Positions 57,801-64,000 of a stretch of 64,000 nucleotides of DNA are shown one piece after another. Each line of letters begins with the position of its first letter. Position 1 is the stretch's first letter. Below the pieces are notes generated by a model, which was not told the DNA's origin, did not search any database, and saw only the letters and a list, made by a program, of their open reading frames with translations. The position numbers and the translations under genes are program-made. Source of the stretch: an uncultured virus (IMG/VR IMGVR_UViG_3300029955_000023) (Duplodnaviria; Heunggongvirae; Uroviricota; Caudoviricetes); IMG/VR virus record IMGVR_UViG_3300029955_000023; one strand, written 5' to 3'.

Positions 57801-60800
57801 CGGGACGGCCACGCAAGGCTTTTGAATAAGTCCCAGCCGCTTTTGCTCCATCGCCGCCGCTATCATCGTTACGGTCTTACCGCTCCCGACCGCGTGCGCG
57901 AGCAGCGTGTTGCCCTTCTGCAAGATGCGCCAGACCGCGTTCTTTCGGTGCGCGCGGTCGGTGAACATCGGATTGAGGCCCGGTAGCGTCAGGTGCGAGC
58001 CGTCGGCCTTCCATTGCACCAGATCGTTCATGGTCCGATTGTAGACGCCCTCAAGCAATTCGCCGCGCTGCTGGTCCGCGAACGCCCAAGGCTCCACGCC
58101 CTTGTCAGGGTCGCCGGAGAACATCGAGCGGATTTCCTCGATCTTCGCCGCGACTTCTTCTGTCTTGGCTTGGTTCACAACGCGCGTGTCGCGGTCGATC
58201 TGGTCATAGACCGTGATCTGATTGTTGTTGAACGCCGCCTTCATGATCGACTTGAGAGTGACGTCAGATCGACCGACGCCCCATTTCGTCTCTGCCGATG
58301 GCTTGAAGCGGTCAGCCTCGACGCGCCATTCCTTGTTGACCGGCAGCAATTCGACCTTCGGATTGACCGCGCCCAATTCCTTGAGGAAGTCGGCGTGGAC
58401 CTGCGCGGGTATCCACGGTGCGCCCAACTGCGCCGTGATGTCTACGGCTGTCAGCAGGGGCGGCTGCACCTTTTCGAGCGCCGCGACGTTGCGCGCATAG
58501 GTCGGATCGGTCGCGGCGATGGCGCGCGCATCTTCCAACTTCTTGATGACGGTTCCCGACAGGTATTGATCGGCGGATTCCCATTCGCGCCCGTTCGGGT
58601 TCTGGTAGATCAGGTCGCCCAAGCGCGCGACAACCTCGTCCTCGTCCTTCGCTCCCATAAGCTTACCGATCTCTTGCAGATCGACCTTGCCTTGGGTGTC
58701 AAGCACGGACGCCAGCGCGTCGGCGGAACTGTTGATCTTGCGGTCCACCGGCGCGGCGATGACGTCCTTGGTCTGGATCGCGGCGCGCGTCGCCGTATCC
58801 TTCTCAGGATCGTAATTCTCAATGGACGCAACCTTGTAGACGTCGGGGTCGTCGCGGAATTCCTCGAAGTTCGGATGCTTGATGCGAACCTGCGGGTTGC
58901 CGTCAGCGTCCAGCTTCTTCGAGACGATCTTAACCTCTTTGCGGATCGGGCCGTGTTTCGCCACGAACTCGTCGTAGGCGTCGCGCAGCGCCTCGCGCAG
59001 CTTCTCGGCGTCGCCGCCCTTGCCGAGTTGCGCCTTGAGCAGATCGTTGTAGATGTCGCGTATGCCGATCAGCTTCGACACGCGCGCAACGGTCTCCGGC
59101 GACATTTTCTGCGGCTCGCCAATGCCCTGAACGCGCCGGTAAATCTGGCCGTCTTTGAGAGCGTATCCGCCTTCTTTGACGTCCATTCCCATGTCGTCGC
59201 GATTGATGGTCGGCGGCGGCGGCGTGGCGCGCTTGGTGAAAGCGCCGGGCGGCATTTTTCCCGCCGCCTCGCCGATCTTGGCGCGCAAATCGTCCGGCTC
59301 GCCCATCAGCACGGGCTCGTTCGCTCCATACATCGAGCCTTTCAGCCGCATTTCGCCGAGCATCATGTCGGGGCGGTCGGCGAAATACTCGTTGATGTGC
59401 GTCGGGCCTTCCGGCGTCTGGATTTCCTTCGTGTCCATCCAGTCCGCGCTCGCGAACGGAGCCTCGCCCGGAATCTTCTTGCGCAGGAAGATAATGTCGG
59501 TCGTGACTTCTGTTCCAGCGTTGCCGGCGAATGCGCCCTCCTTGCCGCCTGGCAAGCGGATCGCGCCCACAAGATCGGCGTCTTTCGCCAGCCGCGCGCG
59601 CACGTCCGAATTGGCCTTGTCCATCGTCCCCTTGGACGTGATGAACGCCACCACGCCGCCAGGGCGAACCTTGTCGAGCGACTTCACAAAAAAGAAATCG
59701 TGGATCAGGTGAGTGCCGTGCGGCTTCTCCGTCAGCGAATAGCTGCCGAACGGCACGTTGGAGATCGCGAGATCGTAATAGTTCGACGGGCGCTTGAGCG
59801 TCTCGAAGCCCTGATTGTTGACCTCCGCGCCGCCGTATAGCGCCTTGGTGATGCGGGCGGACAGCGGGTCAAGTTCAACAGCGGTCCATGACGTGCGCGG
59901 CGCGACGCTATCGGGAATGAGACCGATGAAATGGCCGATGCCGGCCGACGGCTCGATGGCCTCGCCGCCCTTGTAGCCGAGCGCCGTCAGCGCATCCCAC
60001 ATGCCCTTGACGACTTCCGGCGACGTATAGTGCGCGTTCTTCGTCGAAGCGCGCGCGGCGGCGTATTCCTCGTTGGTGACGAGAGCGCGAAACGCCTTGC
60101 GCTCCGCCTTGAACTCATCCTGCCGGTCGGCATTGAACATCTTTTCAGAGAACGCGCCCCAGCCGGTGTATTTGACCAGCTTCGCCTTTTCCTCTTGCGT
60201 CGCCTCGCGCGCCTCGTCCTCGATCAGCTTGAGCGTCTTGATCGCGTCGATGTTCGCCCGAATCTTCGCCTTCGGGCCGCCCTCGCCGATGGCGTCGGCG
60301 TCGGTGATGCGATAGTTCGCGCGCGACCGCTCCGCGATCTTTTGGCGCGCTTCTACTCGTCCTGCGGCTGCGGCGTCGGTTGATGGATCAGGTCGTGCCT
60401 GATCAGTTCCGTCAGAGCTTCTTGGTGGCCCGCTAACACTTTCTCCCTCGCCAACTGGTCCAAGTCCCTCGTCTCGTCGAGCTTCTTGAACATTTCGTGG
60501 TTCATCGTCTCCGCCGCCGACTCCCCCACCGAGGTCAGTCGTGCTTGGAGTTTGCCGGATTGGCTTAGGCTCCGGTGCAGGCGTGGGTGATTCGCTTTCA
60601 GGAAGCTCTCGTGCTCCGCCGCGAACCGTCTCTCCATCGCGTCCATAATCGACACTCCATTCCGGCGCGCTCGCCCAGGCGTCATCGAACAACTTGAGCG
60701 CCCGATCCATCACGTCGCGGTAGATCGCGGTATCAGCCGGGTCGACCGATTCTTTCAGCCGCTTCACCGGCTGTCGCATCTCGTGCGCCTCGTCCATAAC

Positions 60801-63212
60801 CCGCATCACGGGCTCAGGGACAAGCTGCAACTCCGCCGACATGCCGTCGCCAAGGCCTATTTGCAAGTGGATGGCGCGATAACCTTCCTTGCCCGGACGA
60901 ATAAAGTCCTCGGCCTCGATTATTGCGCCCGTTGCCTTGATTTTGTCGAGAATGGCGTCTAGGTTTTGAACGTGGTCGACAACGATACGCGCGCCGAGAT
61001 AGTCGGATATCGTGTTCGGGTTCCGCCTCTTCGCCGACAATTTGAGTTCGAGGCCCGGCAAGTCCTTTGCCCGCGCCCCATACACGCGCGCGCCGTCGAC
61101 GCCCTTGACTAGCTCGTTAAGCCTGTCGAGAAGCTTCGGCTTGTTTTCCTCGGCGGCGGCCAGCAGCGCCTTGTAGTCGCTTGATCCTTGAATTATCTTC
61201 TTACCGGAGGCTTGGTCGATGTCCCCCAACGAAAAATCGGTGAAGCGCGTAATCTCTGGCCCCTCGAAGATCGACGGCGGCATCTGCCGCATGGTCGAGC
61301 TTTCCGACGGCTCCGCGCGCTGCGAATCCTGGATCAAAGGCTCGGGCTGGGAGGAAGGCGGCTGCTTCCCTTCCGAGTTCATGTTCGCGCCGCCGGTCTC
61401 CTCGGAGCTTGCCTCGCGGATGGGCTGTCCCACTTCCGAGCTTTCCAAGGTCTGAACCGGCTCGGGCTCGGGTTCCGGCTCCGGCGCTTCCGCGATCTGC
61501 TCCTTTGCGATCGCATCGACGTCCGGCTCCGGGGATGCCGCGCGCCGTTGCGCCTCCGCCTCGGCCTCCGCCGGCACGACGGGCAACTCAGGCGGCAGCT
61601 CGACCGACGCGACCACTTCCGGCCCGGTCTTGGCGCGCTTTCCGCCCACGCGGCGCACCTTGCCGTCCTCGCCTCTGATATCCGCGCCCTCGCGGCGATA
61701 GATTTCCTCCGGCGTTCCGATCTTGCCCTCGAACGCCTCCGAGCGCGCGGCCATGCGCGACGCCACGATGTGCCCCAGCGCCTCGGCTTCATCCGGCGGG
61801 CGTCCGGCGCTGATGAACTGGCGCTTGGCGTCGTCAACGATGGCCTGCAGGTCGCCGCCGCCGGCCGCCGCCTCGCCCTCCGGCGCGACCATCGCCCCGC
61901 CGACCTTCTCCGCCGCGCGCCGGTGCGCCGCGCTGATCTCTGGCGCGATGTCCGCAATCTTGGCTTCTACGGCGGTAACTTGCGCGTCGAGCGCGCCGTC
62001 GTGCGGCAATTCGTCGGCGGCCTTCACGAGCGCGTCGCGCTGCGCGGTCAACGCCTCATATTCGCGGAACGCCTCGACGTGCGCGTCGCGCGCGAGCGGA
62101 GCCGGGTTCGGCAGTTCAGCCGTCCCGACGGTCGCTTGTTCCTCGCGCTGCGCGGCCTGCGCGGCCTGCTCCACGGCGGGCGGAGATTCCTCGTCGCCCA
62201 TGAACGTCTTTTCGGTGCGAGCCGGGCCGCCCACGCCAAGCGCCCAGGCGTCGGTCAGCGTGGGGGGCCGCTCGCCATAAACGTAGTTTGCGTCGACGTC
62301 GGCCAGCGTGTGTTCTGGTCCGGCTGGCGGTTCGGTCACGGCTCCGTAAATGCCGCCCACGTCGTAATCCTGTCGCCCCCGGAACCGCTGACCTTGTTCC
62401 TCGAATGGCGGTTCTTGGGGTTTCAGCCCCATCACGTCATGTGCGGTAGTTCGCCCGAGCAAGCGCGGAATGATGCCCTCTATGGCCTCTCCGAAGCGAT
62501 TTGGCTTGTTGAACACCAGACCGAAGCCGGTCGAGATCGCGACCTTGTTCCAATCGACGTCGCCCTCGGCCGCCTCTTGCCCCAACTCCATGCCGCCCAT
62601 CAACGCGCCGCTGAATAGCCGCTGCGTCGCCGGATTGACCATTAGACGTTGGAGCGCGGTCGAGTTCTCCGGCAGTTTCGCCGCCGCTGAAAAACCGCCC
62701 GGTTTCATCGTCAGCGCGAACGGAGCCATGCCGCCGAGAAATGTCGCGTAGGGGTGCTGCTCTTGGTCGAGGCGCTGCTGGCGCTCGTCTTGGCCTATCG
62801 ACTCCACCCACGAATCCGGCAGCTTCGACAGGCCGTAATCCTGAGCCTTCTCAGCCGCGAACGATCCGCCGAACCCGCCGATCAAGCCGCCAGCAACGCC
62901 GCCGACCAATTCGGAAATGCCGGTTTCGCCGAGGCCTGGGACCAGAGCGCCCGCCGCCGCGCCGTAGGCCGCGCCCGCTCCTGCGCCAGCGAGACCGCCC
63001 GCCGCCGGGAGCGCGCCGCGCGCCGCGCCTCGCGTGAACGCGCCGGACGTTGATGAGCCTGTCGGGTCGACGGTCTGGCCATTCAGCAGTTTCGCGAACG
63101 GGTCGTTCTCGTCATCGGCAGGCGGCGGCGCGGCCTGATAGCGCAGCGGCTGGTCGCCGCCGCCTAAGACGCCCGCAAACGGATCGGCAACTTGACCATC
63201 GGCATCGGCCAT
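51813..63212 (-). CDS. DarB-like giant polyvalent virion protein (RelA/SpoT + N6-adenine MTase + SNF2 helicase + HExxH zincin-like + C-terminal LPD-like)
   Basis: RelA/SpoT ~61180-60660 (RAK..., SDYLGARIV, KEGYRAIH, ELQL); MTase ~60320-59250 (EPSAGIG, SNVPF); helicase ~57990-55900 (HAVGSGKT, DEAH, TGTP, QRDGRILRQGN); HELGH near 55080. Confidence 0.9.
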   Translation of the reverse strand: MADADGQVADPFAGVLGGGDQPLRYQAAPPPADDENDPFAKLLNGQTVDPTGSSTSGAFTRGAARGALPAAGGLAGAGAGAAYGAAAGALVPGLGETGISELVGGVAGGLIGGFGGSFAAEKAQDYGLSKLPDSWVESIGQDERQQRLDQEQHPYATFLGGMAPFALTMKPGGFSAAAKLPENSTALQRLMVNPATQRLFSGALMGGMELGQEAAEGDVDWNKVAISTGFGLVFNKPNRFGEAIEGIIPRLLGRTTAHDVMGLKPQEPPFEEQGQRFRGRQDYDVGGIYGAVTEPPAGPEHTLADVDANYVYGERPPTLTDAWALGVGGPARTEKTFMGDEESPPAVEQAAQAAQREEQATVGTAELPNPAPLARDAHVEAFREYEALTAQRDALVKAADELPHDGALDAQVTAVEAKIADIAPEISAAHRRAAEKVGGAMVAPEGEAAAGGGDLQAIVDDAKRQFISAGRPPDEAEALGHIVASRMAARSEAFEGKIGTPEEIYRREGADIRGEDGKVRRVGGKRAKTGPEVVASVELPPELPVVPAEAEAEAQRRAASPEPDVDAIAKEQIAEAPEPEPEPEPVQTLESSEVGQPIREASSEETGGANMNSEGKQPPSSQPEPLIQDSQRAEPSESSTMRQMPPSIFEGPEITRFTDFSLGDIDQASGKKIIQGSSDYKALLAAAEENKPKLLDRLNELVKGVDGARVYGARAKDLPGLELKLSAKRRNPNTISDYLGARIVVDHVQNLDAILDKIKATGAIIEAEDFIRPGKEGYRAIHLQIGLGDGMSAELQLVPEPVMRVMDEAHEMRQPVKRLKESVDPADTAIYRDVMDRALKLFDDAWASAPEWSVDYGRDGETVRGGARELPESESPTPAPEPKPIRQTPSTTDLGGGVGGGDDEPRNVQEARRDEGLGPVGEGESVSGPPRSSDGTDQARPDPSTDAAAAGRVEARQKIAERSRANYRITDADAIGEGGPKAKIRANIDAIKTLKLIEDEAREATQEEKAKLVKYTGWGAFSEKMFNADRQDEFKAERKAFRALVTNEEYAAARASTKNAHYTSPEVVKGMWDALTALGYKGGEAIEPSAGIGHFIGLIPDSVAPRTSWTAVELDPLSARITKALYGGAEVNNQGFETLKRPSNYYDLAISNVPFGSYSLTEKPHGTHLIHDFFFVKSLDKVRPGGVVAFITSKGTMDKANSDVRARLAKDADLVGAIRLPGGKEGAFAGNAGTEVTTDIIFLRKKIPGEAPFASADWMDTKEIQTPEGPTHINEYFADRPDMMLGEMRLKGSMYGANEPVLMGEPDDLRAKIGEAAGKMPPGAFTKRATPPPPTINRDDMGMDVKEGGYALKDGQIYRRVQGIGEPQKMSPETVARVSKLIGIRDIYNDLLKAQLGKGGDAEKLREALRDAYDEFVAKHGPIRKEVKIVSKKLDADGNPQVRIKHPNFEEFRDDPDVYKVASIENYDPEKDTATRAAIQTKDVIAAPVDRKINSSADALASVLDTQGKVDLQEIGKLMGAKDEDEVVARLGDLIYQNPNGREWESADQYLSGTVIKKLEDARAIAATDPTYARNVAALEKVQPPLLTAVDITAQLGAPWIPAQVHADFLKELGAVNPKVELLPVNKEWRVEADRFKPSAETKWGVGRSDVTLKSIMKAAFNNNQITVYDQIDRDTRVVNQAKTEEVAAKIEEIRSMFSGDPDKGVEPWAFADQQRGELLEGVYNRTMNDLVQWKADGSHLTLPGLNPMFTDRAHRKNAVWRILQKGNTLLAHAVGSGKTVTMIAAAMEQKRLGLIQKPCVAVPNHMLDQFSTEFIQAYPDANILVANKDEMSPDARRAFVAKTASNDWDAVIFTHSAFGRIGVSSETQGQFIQDQLAEYREALKAQQAADRAAGETKKSRTVKQLESAMEKMNARLQKLLNDEVKDEGTTFEESGIDQVIVDEAHLFKNLAFPTRYSNIRGLSSAASQRSEDLFMKIRYLEQRKPGRSAIFATGTPMSNSMAELWTMMRYLQLDKLKERGLDKFDAWGNTFGKVVTQPEMAPDGRSIKDVTSFSKFVNIPELISLYSEIADSQSAEQLNLPRPALMTRDGKPGIEVHTAQLSEHEEAAVRRIVERLAEIKGLRREKGEDNTLSLMGAGNKAALDGRLLRDGDIMGFAVPKPMEFNPNGKIALAVKNIKDIYDRYKDDPNARSQMVFMDRGTPKARVAESDEGYAATWDAVTGDERMDWARAAGSTKNIEDRDWQRSWGDLTKAEQKALRTVVPKDESAAGKPPPINLYEDMRQRLVAEGIPRKEIEFIHDADSDEKKRALFARMNDGVTRVLIGSTEKMGVGTNAQKRLIAMHHMDPTHKPAEIEQRDGRILRQGNLNKEVHILRYITERSLDATRWQLLERKAKFIGQVNSGSKGVRVAEDIDNPLPEAEMLKAAASGDPRIMQHAELTRQVRQLTAQKRGFDQTKQRATWQVKGLQSHIEELKRNLAPAKEDSERVQDIRGDKFKITLSDGTTLTDRKAAGEKVRDGVLRIAPQLSHSARALNFGEIGGFPASIELRRSYSYGGASQEENIITVGKLQLEGNSLYASPNEFIINSETDPVGLMAKFTGLLAEIKAQADRVEAQIAGNQKEYDTLSKAAAATWPRQAEYAEAAAKLAALTEDLKPKDPSKAPQAIEAEKPDEDERKLEQSQFGRILLRLGQRSIITLMKIANATTAIHELGHDFFEMLKRDAAHPEAPQRMRDMWEVAKRETGVGADNVISTKAHEKFANGYMRWLYEGTAPTRALDGVFKMFRDWMLPLYDRVEGLNVEISPALRSVFEYMHETKDRATVIAPHAEPGRGLDDLHAEAAEQTPHEHASGAADRVEAERPHFDDAQPPTEIADEIAQAVQEVEAAAAGPGGDAAGEVGRGDVGLPEMVGGGGQAGAQSGGGVMGGAGGQERAGGNAAPAEVGKPTAGGSASGRPESSDPLRDAPLAPRPVRLIGDGESPYVDKAGNFKRANINVADDVWAAIKARSEANGDFIGDRRAPTTWAQTQELAAAMGKFGAADLVDGWVRGRAMNAEQIVALKELLTDQANEVGRISRLKDESPEGVLAFATEQARLDMVLKSIMGATAEAGRALNIFRMMQGDIDKVMLAATGRTLYQKTQEMKLLAAYETPEAIAYLTDATAKHSFGRMLLEYWINGLISGPATHTTYVIGNMILSMQKGLLETTTAAALGALRGPMGRDTSNVVRFGEVAARLRGAASGYIPAVTAAADAFRTGLTGRLPGQDKVRALPYQPEQALPLAGKMLNEGATRADAKAAIFGAFRGVLDGALAIGKVLEATPAGERTAAPMYSPMGAIFDVRVRGGVIPIGQLARAPSRAIASIHTFFRAMNYSIEKSALIYRQAEGDAAKIAQLRLNTPDDIMSASTKGATDLTLMGPAGKFVEHLSKLTNWAPNLPGLGETPILKFIDPFVHIAANIIDQSIVQRTPAGLLSSEIRADLMGRNGVAAQDMAQARMIVGTALSIGFGSLAASGYVSGSGPMDRNKAAMWRMAGNQPHSVRIGDTWYAMNRLGPLGMLLGMSADLYDVAHTASTGDMLQAAALMQHAVTQNVLDESFMRGPAELIQAVEDPGRYGERYIQNFASSFVPYSVGMAQMARASDPYSRQARTVMDSIRAKTPGMSEELFPRLDIWGQPIPSRDALIAAGATAIYEQRMSQDPVNISLAQLGIGIAPVDRTIRNVQLTDQQYDDFARIAGRMAKQRLDVFVRSPDWRQWPVGVRVDAVKAIVEHSREAARGVLFMKYPQIMADATRQKMAKLGVGQ
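54263..54589 (-). CDS. Candidate nested gene (alternate frame, 108 aa)
   Basis: GGAG 7 nt before ATG 54589; spans a Gly-rich linker of the giant protein. Confidence 0.45.
   Translation of the reverse strand: MKSPKPSKKSKPQQQDQEATPQEKLDAATSDYQKWSAVAAKPGLSPAAASWAAQAARSAQAEMQLRQKSASPPPEAPPADDPNLATLLGMPPSPPGPSGSSGTENPPT
60353..60646 (-). CDS. Nested TnpV-like gene (alternate frame, 97 aa)
   Basis: GGAG 8 nt before the ATG; H..FLK.NHP.L...L..SGKL...L..V.E.A...E.IRHDLI resembles the TnpV family. Confidence 0.65.
   Translation of the reverse strand: MDAMERRFAAEHESFLKANHPRLHRSLSQSGKLQARLTSVGESAAETMNHEMFKKLDETRDLDQLAREKVLAGHQEALTELIRHDLIHQPTPQPQDE
61219..61455 (+). CDS. Nested antisense gene (78 aa), candidate antitoxin of the RelA/SpoT domain
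   Basis: GGAGG at 61206-61210, ATG at 61219; globular-looking sequence while the host frame is Ser/Pro/Glu-rich. Confidence 0.6.
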   Translation: MSPNEKSVKRVISGPSKIDGGICRMVELSDGSARCESWIKGSGWEEGGCFPSEFMFAPPVSSELASRMGCPTSELSKV

Positions 63213-64000
63213 TACGGCGAAATCCCCATTGTCGTGTTGAACACCGGGGCTAGCGCATCCTGTTTCGGCGGCTCATTTCCCACGTTTTCAGGCTTGCCGA
63301 CAAGGCTCCCGCGCAGATCGCGCACGGTCCGCTCCGCCGAGAAGCCTGCCGGGCCGAAGTGTTTGTCGAAATATTGCATCGTCGCGTTCGTCGGGCTCTC
63401 CGACAAAATACTAAGCACATTAGCCCATTGTGTGTGCGTGATCGGTTTCCCGCCGACGCTGGGCGGCTTTGTGACGTAAGACTGCCACGCCGCCGGAGCG
63501 ACATTTGCAGGCGGTGGAGGAAGTGGCGCGTCAGGCGCTTCCTGCCCGCCCGCGCCGATCTGAAATTCGTTGATCTTCGCGCGGGGCCTCAATATCGTGA
63601 GCATTTGGTCCAGCTTTTTCTGATCAAACAGCGGGAAGTCCGCCATGTTCTTGTTAGCGTTGCGCCAATCATCCAACTGCCCATAGAACATGTTGAGGAA
63701 CTTCAATTCGTAGATGCCCTTACCTTCCGGGTCTTTCACCTGGTAATAAGGCTCGTTCACGCTCTTATCGAGATAGTCCTTCGCGTAGCTTAGAACGCCA
63801 GCCTCACGTTGTTGCATCCCGAGTTCGCTCGTGGATTTCTTCGTCTTGTCGAGGACGCCGAGCAAATGGTCTGAGCCCTTGGCCGTCAACTTTCCGTCGG
63901 CTTCCATCTTCAAGATGTCGCGCGGATCGCTGATCCGATCAGTCTCACTCTTGGGCTCGACGATGTTCTTGAGCGCGTCGGCGTATTCCGAGCCGTAGCT
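63212..64000 (-). CDS. Large internal virion protein, C-terminal part (runs off the window end)
   Basis: Frame is open to 64000; TAATG-coupled to the giant gene. Confidence 0.7.
   Translation of the reverse strand, partial: SYGSEYADALKNIVEPKSETDRISDPRDILKMEADGKLTAKGSDHLLGVLDKTKKSTSELGMQQREAGVLSYAKDYLDKSVNEPYYQVKDPEGKGIYELKFLNMFYGQLDDWRNANKNMADFPLFDQKKLDQMLTILRPRAKINEFQIGAGGQEAPDAPLPPPPANVAPAAWQSYVTKPPSVGGKPITHTQWANVLSILSESPTNATMQYFDKHFGPAGFSAERTVRDLRGSLVGKPENVGNEPPKQDALAPVFNTTMGISP

Overview
The window is almost the whole genome of a GC-rich, short-tailed (podovirus-type) dsDNA phage. Its head/tail module resembles BPP-1/Bcep22-type phages and the host is probably an alphaproteobacterium (inferred from protein motifs only). 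The gene order suggests a circular permutation opened inside an internal-virion gene, whose N-terminus would be at 1-1057 and whose probable C-terminus would be at 63212-64000. The minus-strand late arm holds TerS, TerL, portal, scaffold, major capsid, decoration proteins, three adaptor paralogues, nozzle, ejection proteins, a 3799-aa DarB-like polyvalent protein, fibre/spike genes and a GH108 lysis cassette. The central region holds O/P-like replication genes with iterons, RusA, a Cro-like HTH, a RecE-like nuclease with a Sak4-like ATPase, and a repeat-linked array of small genes with a 1.76-kb duplication. Most notable: (1) the giant protein (RelA/SpoT, N6-MTase, SNF2 helicase, HExxH) appears to carry three small RBS-bearing genes nested in its linkers, namely an antisense ORF next to the RelA/SpoT domain (antitoxin candidate), a TnpV-like ORF and a third ORF; (2) most fibre/spike genes start with Sec-type signal peptides; (3) a Fis-like HTH is coupled to a small serine recombinase; (4) a small antisense-island gene copies a major-capsid peptide. 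All family calls come from motif recognition by eye; no database search was run.
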